Notes: generated from the letters alone by a model not told the origin. DNA of 63,964 nucleotides, filler included, from Reticulomyxa filosa (GCA_000512085.1; 14 parts of 14 records of this genome joined end to end with filler, not necessarily neighbours in it), one strand, 5' to 3'; positions 37,169 through 50,122 are shown, counted from the whole stretch's first letter. A program made the numbers and translations.

Positions 37169-38863
37169 TTCTGAATGTCCTAATAATTGTTTTATCTCTA
37201 TTCCAGAATGTACATCCCATAATCGTATTGTACTATCTCCCAAACCTGCCACAATATATTTTCCATCTGGAGAAAAGTCTATATCATATATCTCATCCAA
37301 ATCTCTTTTAAATGTTATTATTTCAGTTTCCGTATTAATATCCCATAATCGAATTGTTCCATCAAATGAGCATGAAATAACAGTGCGTTCATCTGGTAAA
37401 AATCTTGCAACACAGGCTGAAGAGGTATGTCCTCTGAAAGTTTGGAGTAGTCTTTTCGATGCAACATCCCATATTTGAACATTATAGTTATTTGCTGCTG
37501 AAACAACCTTGCGACCATCTGCAGAAAATGCAACACTGCACACTCCACTTTTACATACTGGGAAACCTCTCAAAAATTTGAAATCTCTTACCTATTTGAA
37601 AATGTGAGTTATAGATAACAATCATAACATAAGGAAAAAAAGGAATTCTTAACATATTTGATAATGATTTTGTTAAAATCATCAATCCATCCCAATTTTA
37701 TCTCTGCTATTTGTATCCAATGTTGTACAATAAGTCTCATTTCGTTTGTCGACTGTTGATTATATTTGTTATAGGTTTCATAAAATAAGATTTATTTGTA
37801 TTTAATTTAAAAAGCAATATAGTTTTAAAAAGTTAAAAGGAAAAATTACCAATTGTGAAGCATTACACAATGCTATCACCTTTGTCTTCATATGCCTTGG
37901 TACTGTGGTACCTTTATAATCACTTCCTCCAATAAGGTGTATATGCTTTTTATCTTCACTCAATACCGCAAAACAATTATACAATCGAATAGGCAAATTA
38001 AGCTCACATTTAATCCATGCATTTTCTTGAATCAAATACTTGTGCACTGCTTTTGAAACATTATACTTTTTATTACTCAATCCGCCAAAGAATAAGATAA
38101 CGTCATTGATACACACAGACGCACATCGATAGAATGGTGCAATACCACTATAAAAACGTAGTATATGATATTGAAGGGTGTTATTATCTTCATCATATCC
38201 AATTGATAGTGCTTCTTTACAAAATAATATCATTTCATAAATTTTGTTTTTATTATTTTTTCTATTTTCTGATTTTGATACAAAGCAATGATACCACAAT
38301 GAATAAATTGGTAAATTATCATGTTTAATAAATTGAAATGTATTTAAATCAAACACACTAATATTATTTTTTGGATAAGTAATAAATAACAAATTATTGC
38401 TGCTTCCACCAATCACTGCACGCACTCCTTCATAATTATCACCATCTCTTCCGATTTGAATTATGTTATTGTGATTGTCTGTGAAGGGAATCCATTCATT
38501 GTAATTGTTTATTTTCTTTAATCCCTTTAATTTATCCATTTCATTGTCATTGTCATTGTCCCAAACACTTACATATTTCATTATCAATGTATGCTTGTGT
38601 TCCCCGCCAAAAGACAATAAAGTGATTTCATTACTGTCTTTATTGTTGTTATCTATCAGTTTCACTACACAGTGTCCAAGTAATCTAACATCACTTGGAT
38701 ACTTACAGATAAACTTGTATTCGTTTTTGAGTGTATGATAAGAAAAACAACGACGGTTACGTGCACCTCCACAAATGAGGACTTCATGTTTGTGTAACAC
38801 ACATTGAGGTTGAAAAAATGGAGTTGGCAAATCCTTCAAAGTTTGAAAGATTTGATTTCCCAT
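37169..38863 (-). CDS. Kelch-repeat / linker exon / WD40-repeat protein (3' end truncated)
   Basis: Exon 38863-37850 Kelch propeller (VLICGG, LLSFGG, AVIGG, LFFGG, HLIGG). Exon 37752-37654 STNEMRLIVQHWIQIAEIKLGWIDDFNKIIIKY. Exon from 37591 WD40 (FRGH..ARF..D..VISCSFDGTIRLWD). Both introns are GT-AG phase 0. Confidence 0.9.
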
Positions 38864-40185
38864 GTTATTGAAATGTTTTTAAAAAGAAAAAAAGTTGTTC
38901 TCTTTGGAAAAAATGAAAAAACCTGCAAAACTTTTTGGGGGTGAACCTTAGAAAGGCAAAATTATTATAATCTGTTATTTATCCTCCGTCTTTATCAACC
39001 TCTTTTCTATGATTAGACATTCCAAAAAATGAGTACAAATAGCTACCTGCTATATAAATACATCATTTCCTTAAAACGAGACAAAATGATCTGGAATTTA
39101 CATCAATTGAGAAACCAAAAATTTAGTAAATATCAGTACATAACGTATATGGATAAATATTTTACTGATTTTACATTAACATGTTTGGGATAAATCATTC
39201 ATATATCCTTATTGTTCAAAAAAAGTTTATTTTAATTACAAAGGCCTTGCTTCTTTTTGTAAAGAATTGATATTGAAAATGTAATCACTGGGTTTGCTTC
39301 ACTGATTTTTTTTAAAGGCAAGTCAACTTTGTTTAGGAAAAGAAAACAATATAATGTTAGTTTTTTTCATTCAAAAAAAATCTGCTTATGACAAGAACAT
39401 GATTACAATGAATTTTCGAAAAACGAATGTACTTTCTTGTATCTGCGTTAACAAAGAAATTGATAAAATGTATGCAAATTGCAATGACGATAGATTTTTT
39501 GATCATTTGAGACTTTTGTTGTTTTTTATCTTAAGTTTCAAATATTTTGCAAAAAATTCAATAAATTACTTTAATCACAAAAATACTCTCTCCTTTCATG
39601 AGCAATTGGATAATAATATCTGTAATTGTTTAAAATTGAGTTTAAAAATTATTTTGATAAAACCTTTTTTATTATTTTTAATTTTGGATAGAGATTACTT
39701 CGTTGAAAAAAGTATATTTTGACGTTTGTACAATTTGTACGTTCACTTACATGTCCATCGGATTGCAATCTTGCTTAAGAACATTTATGGAAATTAACAT
39801 TGTTGTATCTTAGCCATTTTTAATCAAATATGAACATTAAAGGAATAATTATAAATATGAACACTAACAATTTTTGCATTATAAAATTGTTGTTGTGACG
39901 TAAATATATTTTACAAAATGTAATATTTATCTCATTTCAAAATGTTTCTTACGTACACATTAGTTCAATTTTTCCTTTTTTAAACAAAAGTTCAACCATT
40001 TTTTTCATCTTACATCATCAAAAAACATATCAAGAAAAAAGAAAAAAATTACAAGAATGAACTTAAATTTATCAATCAAAGTTAANNNNNNNNNNNNNNN
40101 NNNNNNNNNNNNNNNNNNNNNNNNNNNNNTTAATTAATTAANNNNNNNNNNNNNNNNNNNNNNNNNNNNNNNNNNNNNNNNNNNN

Positions 40186-40337
40186 TTATTCAAACAGTTT
40201 TGTTTTCTTGCTTGGTCGTTTCCTACAAAGGGGATGACTTCAGGAATCTTCCATTCAAAGTTCACTTGCAAAAAAGGAGTAAAAGTAAATGAACTTGCTT
40301 TTAGTACAGACTTTGAGTACTTTTCTTGCTCCATCAT
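40186..40337 (-). CDS. Possible 5' fragment of a hypothetical gene
   Basis: ATG-initiated frame stays open to the contig end. Confidence 0.3.
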
Positions 40338-41067
40338 TTAAAAACTGAAAAAGGAAAAAGAAAAGTATAATTCAAGAGTGTCTCATGTGCAACTGATAAA
40401 ATCAAAAAGGGTTACGCCGGAAAATCAATTGCAGGAATTTTGTTGATTTTTTTTATCTTTTTCTTTATGAATAGTACTTTTGAAAGTATATTAATATTCC
40501 TTGTTGTAACATATTCCATGCAATAATTTTATTCTTTAAAAAAACAAAGGGAGATATTCAAAGGATGTCTTAAAAAATTATAACAAGATGCAGCAAAATG
40601 AAGATAAAATAAATAAAAATATTCAAATAGGAAATTTATACAATGAACATAATAACATATATTTAATTGTTTTTTATTCGTTAATAATTTTGAATATATT
40701 TATTTTCTCCTTTTAATTATGAGAATATATATTAACATGTCAAGTTAGTTTAAATGATAAATGTAAAGTATGTACTTTATGGAAATGTTGGAAGTCTTTC
40801 GATAATCTAGTCCGTTTTTGTATTGTTCGACTGAAATATTTGTTCGACACATTAGTTTCTACTTATCATTATTTTTTTTTAAAAATTTTTAAAGCACAAA
40901 AATGAGAAATATAAACAAAATAATTTCAAATATTTTTTTGTAGTTTAAAAACATTCTACTTTTAAAAATAATATGTAGATTATAATCATTCAAGGATAAC
41001 TTTTTTCATGTACTTTCCCTTTTTAAAAAAAATCTAAATTACTTCATAGTTCCTCAACATTAACAAC

Positions 41068-41373
41068 ATGAGCAACCAACTTTTTCAGACTTTGAAGGAG
41101 TTGCCAACTCCACTTGTTGAATCTCAATGTGTGCTACACAAACACGAAATCCTCATTTGTGGAGGTGCTAAAAAAAGAGCTTGTTATTCTTATCATACAA
41201 TCAAAAATGAATACAAGTTTATCTGTGAGTATCCAAGTAATATTAAATTAGATGGACACTGTGTAGTGAAACTGGTAGATAACAACAACAAAGACAGCAA
41301 TAAAATCACTTTGTTGTCTTTTGGTGGAAATGAAAGTACAAAAAGACATACATTGGTGATGAAATATGTAAGT
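41068..41373 (+). CDS. Kelch-repeat family protein, 5' fragment
   Basis: MSNQLFQTLKELPTPL..SQCVLHKHEILICGG..CYSYHTIKNEYKFICEYPS is closely similar to the 38863 ORF and runs into the gap. Confidence 0.9.
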
Positions 41374-41474
41374 NNNNNNNNNNNNNNNNNNNNNNNNNNN
41401 NNNNNNNNNNNNNNNNNTTAATTAATTAANNNNNNNNNNNNNNNNNNNNNNNNNNNNNNNNNNNNNNNNNNNNT

Positions 41475-44400
41475 ATGGAAAGACAAATATTTCAAACGCA
41501 CAAAGAACCTTTAAATCCTAGTTCAACAACTCTTGAAAAAGCATCGAAGCAGCTGCAAAATAAAATACAAGCACAAGAACATTTGAGATGTGGAACAGAT
41601 GAATTGATAGATTTTAAATGCGATTATAGCAAATGTAAACCGCCAATTGACTTAAATAGTGTAAGGGATGACACATCATTGTATTCCATTTACAAATCTA
41701 AATTTTATTTTCCAATTATCTCAGTCTATTGGGAAATAAATTCCACCTTTATGGTCCCCTGTGCACGTACAATAGCTCCAATCGAAAATCGAGCTAGTCA
41801 CTTAAATGAAAAACCAAAATTGAGCCTGTTGCCACATGCGCAGAGTAAAGAGCAATCGAAATGCATTCAAGATTGTGCACGCTTGTGCTGGTCATCCTGC
41901 AACACTTCATTAAAAAATCTGCTGCATGAAGTGATAAAGAACGAGCAATTGTGTATTTTGGCTGCTCCTGTGAACAACCAAGATAGGCAAGGGGCAGCAT
42001 TTTATAAGGAGATTAAAGAAAAGCTTTGTTTTGATGAAGAGAACAGAGCTAAACTGGTATTAAATTATTCCATATTGCCAATAATCAATCAAGTAAAGCA
42101 ATCGTATCACTTATATATTCACAAACATATGGGCTATCCGCTTCAATTACACCATATTTGTGCACTAATATTGCATTCTGAATTGGGTGAGCAAATGCAA
42201 GATCAACATCATAAATGGCCATTCTTTGAAGCGCACTTACAGGAGGCAATTAATATTTTATATAGACACGAAAGAAGAGAAGAAGATGATATGGAATTAT
42301 ATTACAACTCGAACAGAAAAAAAAGAGTCAGAGAGATAATAAACAAAATCAAATTAGGATATTTTCCCTATTATATCAACGCCTCTGATTCTTTCCAAAT
42401 CAATACAACCGAGCAAGAATACATTTTGCATTTCCATCCTTCGATGAGAAGAGCTTCCAATATTGCCAGTTGTAATCCGACATGGCTATTTCCAGATAAG
42501 TATCGCCACGAAATTTTGTTTGAAAGAACTGACAAAAAACAACAGGTATTCGATGCAAAAGTAGAAAATGAAGATGAATTTATACAAATGATATTACTGA
42601 CACCGACAACATACGGTCAATTTATACAGCCGATTGAGTGGATTAGTAATATATTAGACTATCCTACTGATTTCAATCTTATTTATTTAGCATCAAAAAT
42701 GTTTGACGGAAACACCAATCGAGCTATTTCAGTTTTATCTCGATTTGAAACATGGAAAAAAAAAGATGTCAATAAAGAGAAATATGAACAACAAATGAAC
42801 GAATTTGTGAAAAGACGCTGTTGTAATCACGAGGTCAATTTATTTTATATGTTTCTTTTTGAACAAGGTTATCTGAAGGAGCAAACAGCTTTACAAGCAT
42901 CCATTCTATCTACTGTTATCGATGGACTACCTTTTGTCAATCAAGACAAAGATAAACTCTTTGAAACCTTGCTTCCTTTGCCTTCTCCACTTTATCGGGG
43001 TCAATGCATATCCTTCAATCACGAAATATTGGTTTGTGGAGGTTATCATAATCAGAAATGTTATTCCTATCATACAATCAAACGTAAATATAAGCGTATT
43101 TGTTTATATCCAAGTAATGTTGAATTAAATGGGCATTGTGTGATAAAACTCATGGACAATAATAATTCACATGGTATTACTTTGCTATCTTTTGGTGGAT
43201 CTCCAAAACATACATTAATGATGAAATACGTGAGTGTATGGGATAATGATGTAATTGATGTGAAAAATGAATCTCATTTAAATAAATGGATACCTTTCAC
43301 TGATAATAACAACAATCCGATTTTGATTGGAAGAGATGAAGACAATTATTGTGGAGCACGTGCATTGATTAGTGGTAGTGATAACAATTTATTATTTATC
43401 ACTTATCATCCAAAGAATATTAGTGTGTTTGATTTACATACATTCCAATATATTAAACACAGTACTTTACCAGTTGATTCTGATACTCAGATAAAATATC
43501 ATTGCTTTGTATTAAAACCAACACATGGATTATCAAAAGAGAAGAAAGATAAAAAATTACATGAAATGATGTTATTTTGTAAGAATACAGGTTTAACAAT
43601 CGAATATGATGAAGACTATAATTTATTTCAATTTTATTGTGTATGGGTTTGCACAACTATTAGGCCATTTTATTCCTATGGGTTCGTTTGTGTCAATGAT
43701 ACTATTTGGTTTTTTGGTGGATCTAGTGAAGATAGAGTCATCTCAAAAGCTGTTTATGGATATTCAATGCTTAAGGATCAATGGATGAAATTCGAACAAA
43801 CTTTGTCTATGCCATTAACTGGTTGTGTCGCAATACTAAGTGGAGATAATAAATATGTACATATTATTGGTGGATATAATGAAAGTGGGACACTTTCCAC
43901 ACATATCAAAACAAAAGTAAAAAAATGGACGACGGAAAAAACAGCAATACAAAGAAGATGGATAGAAAAAGAAGAAGAAAAGAGATATATTGAAAAAAAC
44001 GAAAAGAAAAAAAGAGATTGAAGAAATCAATAAAGAATTGAAAACGATGAAAACATCTGACATTAAAAAATTAAAAGTTAGGTGAAATTCATTACCATTG
44101 TATTTATTTATTTTCTTGATACATCAAAATTAAAATGTGCAATTTTACATTATGCGTAAAACAAATCTTAATAAAAGAAAATCAACGAAATTTCACAAGT
44201 AGTTGAACATTGGATTCGTTCGTTGTTGGTCAGAATGGGATGGATTGATCAATTTAACATTATTGTAGCACAATATATTCTGGTATGTTATGTATGCTTG
44301 TTTCATTTTCTGTACTGACTATACACAACAAAAATTTAATATATACATATACATATATAACAGGGAAAATATTTCCAACCATTCAAAGTTATTCAAGAGC

Positions 44401-45248
44401 AAGGGTCTCCTGTAAGTACTGTAAGATTTTCTCCAGATGGCTCCAAAATTGTTTCAGCTTCAGAAGACATCACAATTATAATATGGGACATTGAATCTGG
44501 AAAGGTAATTGGAGTATTAATTGGACACTCTAATGCTATAAATGATGTTCAATTCTCACCAGATGGACACAAAATATTGTCATGTTCAGACGATCGAACG
44601 ATTATAGTCTGGGATGTAGAATCATGTACACCAATAATAAAATTGGAAGGACACGAAGAAAGGGTGACAAACGCTCGATTTTCACCAGATGGAAGCACTA
44701 TTGCGTCTGGTTCAGCAGATGGAACCATTCGAATATGGGATGTAAATTTTGGACGAGAATTAACAACTCTAGAAATTGACATTAGTGGTATAAACGATAT
44801 ACAATTTTCATCCGATGGTCAAAAAATTATGGCAGCAGCTGAAGGTAAACGAATTAGAATTTGGAATTTGCAAACAGGGGAAATAGCACATAATTTTGAC
44901 GGGGATTCTCAGAACGAAAAAAAAGCAAAGTTTTCACCAGATAATCGCTCTGTTATATCTTGCTCATGGAGAATCAGATTATGGGATACGATGTCAGGAA
45001 AACAAATTAAACTATTTGAAGGATATTTTGGTACAATAATTGATGTAAAATTCTTTCCAGATGGCAAGACTATTTTGTCATGTGCATCAGATAATATAGT
45101 ACGATTGTGGGATGTGAAAGTAGGAGCATCAATACAACAATTGGAAGGACTCACCGGTATTGTAACTGGAATAGATATTACACCAGATGGCAACACCATT
45201 GTCGTATCTTCGAAAAATGGGACAATTCGATTGTGGAGTTTGTTATGA
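41475..45248 (+). CDS. Multidomain protein: about 490-aa N-terminal module (ADP-ribosyltransferase-like segment), Kelch propeller, linker exon, WD40 propeller
   Basis: ORF 41475-44021 (Kelch from about 42960). Removing one A near 43993-44013 extends it to a GT donor at 44077. Exon 44178-44282 reads KINEISQVVEHWIRSLLVRMGWIDQFNIIVAQYIL. Exon 44364-45248 has about 7 WD40 repeats, in frame with ORF 44577. Confidence 0.85.
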
Positions 45249-45859
45249 AAGTTTGTAACAATGTTTTTTATTGTTTTTTTGAAAATCAAAGCAACATCAA
45301 ATTTTATCAAGTAAATTATCCACAGGTTTCAGCAAATGAGCTAAAATTTTGAAATAACTTTTTTTAATGTACCTCAAATCTTTCCATTATTTTTTTTGTT
45401 TCTATTTAAATAGATTGATTAAAAATGAAGGAAAAATAACGAATGTTCATTTCTAGGGCATTCATCCAAAAAAAGGATTGTATAGGACCAAAAGAGGTAA
45501 TGTGTGATATCAAATTTCTGAAAGAATTGACCAGGAGTAATATGCGAAGCGTAAACATAAATTTCATTTGTGTCATCCAAGCGAATAAGTTGTAACAATT
45601 TGAATATGAAAAATTCAATTAATAGAAATGGGATGAGGTGATAGAAAAAAATAGGAAATTTTTTTGTTTTTTTTTGTAATTTTCTTTTAAAATCAAAAAT
45701 TTGGACAAGTACAGAAAATGAATTTTGCACTTTGACCTTCACCACCCCGGGGAAAAAAAAAAATGAGAAATGACCAAGATTACTTTTTCTAGGGAGAAAA
45801 TTGTAAAGTATCCCTTGGCTTCAAAGTTGTCGTCGCAAATACAGGGAAGTTTTCATTTA

Positions 45860-47710
45860 TTAATCATCTTCTTCGTCTGATGATTCAGCTTTCTTTTTTT
45901 TTTGTCATCTGATTCTGATTCCGATTCCGAAGAGCCTGATTTGCTCGAACTTTCAGGTTCAGATGATTCCGAATCCGATGATTGTGGCTTCTTGTGCTCT
46001 TTCATTTGTTTTTTGTACTAATACACATACACACAAGTTACAATACATCATTAAGCGATAAGCATTCATTCAATTTTTTTTAAAATTGGTTTGAACGTTA
46101 AGGAGAGAGGAGGGGAAAAAAAAGGTATGAATGGCAGTAAACTTCTTTAAGTTTGTTTTGATAGTTTTTGTAGCTTTCTGTTTGTTTGTATTCCTCGAGT
46201 TTGGCTTCGTATGCAGCTTTCAAACCTTTTGCTTTTTCTTCCCACTGTTTCTTTGCAGCAGGAGTCATCTCCTTCCATTCTGCGCCTAGCATCTTTGCAA
46301 TCTCCGTTATCTTTTTATTCGGATTGCCTTCTTTTAATTTCGCCCGTCGATCATTAGCATACAAAAAGTACGCGCTTTGAGGCCTTGGAGGGGCTTGTGG
46401 ATCTTTTGGTTTTTCTAAGAGTCCGAATCAACCAATCAATCAACCAATTTTTTTTTTTTTTTTGATGAGTTTGTCCGCCTTGTTTTTTATTGTTTTATTT
46501 GTAATGAACTCTTTTTTTTTTTTTTTTTTCCTCTCCAAATTTCAATTAAAAGTCAAACAATTCAAATACTAAACTTAGTTGTTTTGTTTTTTGCTTTTTC
46601 CCTTTGCCCTTGGTTTCACCATTTTTTCCAGCTTGTTTCCACTGTTCATTGATTGTTTTTTTATTTTGTTTTTTTTATTTAATTTAAAAAAAAAAAAATT
46701 TATGCGTGTGACAGTGTCGTGAGGATTTTGATGATAGAGAACAAATATCAAGTTCAAAAAAACTTGTTGTGATAACTTCTTTAAATTTCTCCTGGTAATC
46801 GCGATACTTTTGTGTTTGTTTGTACTTTTTGGATTCAATCTCATACTTTTCCTTCAATTCTTTGGCTTGATTTTCGAAAGGCTTTTTATGTTATTATTTT
46901 TTTATTTTAAAAAAAGGAGGCTCTTGCTGGACAATGCAAAAAATACTTGCATTGTTCAATTAACTTTTTTCGCTGCTGGATCCATTACGTTCCATTCCGC
47001 AGCGATTAACTATAATTTCAGACAATTTTCACCATTTTGTTTTTTTGTTTTGTTTTGTTTTTTTTTAAATTAAAAAAATCTTTCAAAAAAATTGTGTTTT
47101 AATTTCCTCTCAGTTTTTATGATTGATGTTACTTTTCTTTTTTTTTTTTTTTAAAAACATCCACTTTGACAAGGCGGGCCTCAACCAATAACAAAAAAAA
47201 AAAATTGAATTTTGTGGTTGTAACAACAAGTTTTCTTCTTATTTTTTTTTGTTGTGCTCCGAAGTTTTTACAAAAATTTGATAAGAAGAAGAAGAACAAA
47301 ACAGTTAGGATAAATAACTTTAGATATTTCAGTGACTTTTTTATCGGGGTGGGCTGCTCTCAATTCTGCCCTTCGACGGTTTGAGAATAAAAAATATGCT
47401 GTTGTAAACGTATGTGAAATTTTGTCGCAACGTATGTTGTTTGAATAAATAAATAAATATATTTACATATATTTATTTTATTTATTCAAAGTTTTATTTT
47501 CCAACCACCTTATTACCCCTCCTCCCTTTCCTCTCCTTCTCTTCTCCCCCCTCCCCCTCCTGCCTTGGACCCCGTGTCGCAGTGCTTCACTTGGGGTGGA
47601 GGGCTAAGGCTAAGGTCAGGGCTGTGGCGGAAGTACAATGTTGTTTTGGAATTTACATTACATGACTGTGGCCTCTTTGGTGCATTTTCGTCTCTTAGTC
47701 TCTTTGGCAT
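45860..47710 (-). CDS. HMGB-type protein with two HMG boxes and a Ser/acidic tail (multi-exon)
   Basis: RDENAPKRPQSSYFLFSNRRRAEL...AAEW and KDPQAPPRPQSAYFLYANDRRAKLKEGNPNKKITEIAKMLGAEWKEMTPAAKKQWEEKA, then SDSESSEPE...DEEDD (tail needs one homopolymer correction). Confidence 0.92.
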
Positions 47711-49452
47711 TCTCTATCACTTTTTTTTTCCACTACGTTCCAAAGCCAAATTCCTATTGTCTCTTTTGTTGAGTAACACAAAAAAAAAAAAAAAAAATTC
47801 ATTTAAAAAAAAATACGCACAAACCAAAAAAATTTTTTTTAGGAAATTGCCTGGTAGCAGCAAAATCGCATTGCTGGGTGTGGGAGAGGAGAAAAAAATT
47901 TTGTGAGGAAAAAAAAAAGAAGGATCACGACAAGAACAGTCTAGAACAACTGCAGGAGGAAAAAAAAAAATACAAAGATCAAAAATTACTACATTTTAGT
48001 TTAAAATACGACAAAATAATTACCTACGATTGAGATTCTAAAATTCTGGTATTGTGGTTGCAAAAAATCAAAACGAAATAATCTTGTTTTTTTTAAACTA
48101 CGATCCCCTCTTCTTGTTCCACTGTGTTTAACTTTTTTGTGTTTTTGTAGTGCCGAAGGTTAGATTTATTTGCTTTCTCCTAAGAGAGGATGTACATTAC
48201 ACAAACTTGACTTACATTTAAATGTATAACTGAGCCAACACTTTTACATTTTTAAATAGAAAATCGATAATGATCCCCCCCCTCCGTCGAACACGTTGTC
48301 ACATTAAATAAAAACTAAAAAAATTAATGACAGTCCAAAAATTTTATACTCTCATAAGCGCGTTGTGCCAAGTTTTTCATTGTAATTTTGAAAAACCTCG
48401 GGGTATACTCAAATTTTGCAACAATAACAAACGAGATTTACACTGGACCAAAGACTATTTACCAAAACAAAATGAGCTATTCCAAACAAAATTTTAAAAG
48501 GCTCTTTTTGTCACTTGCAAAAAATGAAAAAACTTTTAAGATAAGTTTAAATGAAAAAGTCATCTAGTAATGTATTATTTGCTTTACCTCTTGTATTTCA
48601 TCCAAATGGNNNNNNNNNNNNNNNNNNNNNNNNNNNNNNNNNNNNNNNNNNNNTTAATTAATTAANNNNNNNNNNNNNNNNNNNNNNNNNNNNNNNNNNN
48701 NNNNNNNNNTTTTTCTTTTTTGTGTTTTTTTTGTTTTGCTTTTGTTTTTGTTTTGCTTTTGTTTTTGTTTTTTTTCACCCACTCCCTCTCTTCCTTTGAT
48801 TTCGTTTCTGTTGTCTGCTTGTTCTTTTTTTTGTTGTTATGGAATGTACATTGCATTCTTTTAATTGGAGCCAAAAGGGGCTGAGACAAAGAGTTTTTTT
48901 GTGTCGATGAGCTTTTATGTGATAGAAAACACATAAGATCCTACTCTTGTGAACATTATTTCTCTCTTTTTTAAAAAACAAAATACAAAAAAAAAAAAAT
49001 GAAAAATATATTACAGCCAAAACAAATGTGTGGCTTTCCCTTCGAACACCTTTGAATGAGAGTGTACCCCATAGCTAGGGGATTGTAATAATTTGTGAAG
49101 AAGCAATCTTTTATTTGCTAATTGAAGAATTAAAAAGAAGCCGTAGAAAAAAATCAATAAAAATTCTGTTGTCAACAAAACTTCCGCATGTACTAAATAA
49201 ATTTAAATTCATGTGCTAAAAAAAAGTGCTTCATGTTATGAAACATCTTGCAAAAAAAAAAGTAACGTCTGTTGTTGATAAAAGTTACGATAAGACAGTG
49301 AGCACAGAAAATAGACAAATAAAACCAAGAGCAAAGTGAAGAATTGTAGATTGATACAACAGAAAGTTTTTTTAACGAGTGGGACAGGGAAGAAGAGGAA
49401 GGAAAAAGATAAAAAAAAGAAAGAAAGAAATAAAAATAACAAAGAAATAAAA

Positions 49453-49954
49453 ATGCCAGTATTGGAACTTTACAAACATACATCATTTGCGAAAAATTTT
49501 GTGAGCCATTGTATGGCGCAATAATGCCTCATGCAAGTAAAGATTCAATAAATGCACTGTCGTTTTGGACGTCCACGTACGAGTTTTTTTTCGCGCTGAC
49601 ATTCGTGTTTATCCACAGACGTGCAATCCAGCGTTTTGTGTTGCGTGGTGTATGCAAGAGATGTGAGGACCACAAAGATAAGTGCGACCACGTGTACGAC
49701 GTATGTCCGGACCAATGCAACGTATGCGGCGATGATCTATTGCCAGTGTACTATTATGTATTGTGTTCGTACTTGGGAATATTAATTTTCCGAATGATCG
49801 TGCGTTCGGCAGTGTACATTTATCATGGAAATGATTACAAATCCGTATGGATATTGCTGTTCGCAGGAATATCATCGAGCGCATTGGCCGCTATGCAAAT
49901 GTACGTGGCATTGTTATTAATGCAATCTTCGGGTGGTGTCAATGCCCTGAAAAG
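49453..49954 (+). CDS. Membrane protein fragment with a Cys-rich loop
   Basis: ORF from 49509 has hydrophobic segments flanking CKRC..C..C..C..C. Start uncertain (49453 via a frameshift, or 49524). Truncated by an intron and the gap. Confidence 0.55.
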
Positions 49955-50080
49955 GTCAGTTTTTTTTTTTTTTTTTTTTTNNNNNNNNNNNNNNNNNNNN
50001 NNNNNNNNNNNNNNNNNNNNNNNNTTAATTAATTAANNNNNNNNNNNNNNNNNNNNNNNNNNNNNNNNNNNNNNNNNNNN

Positions 50081-50114
<34 letters not shown>

Positions 50115-50122
<8 letters not shown>

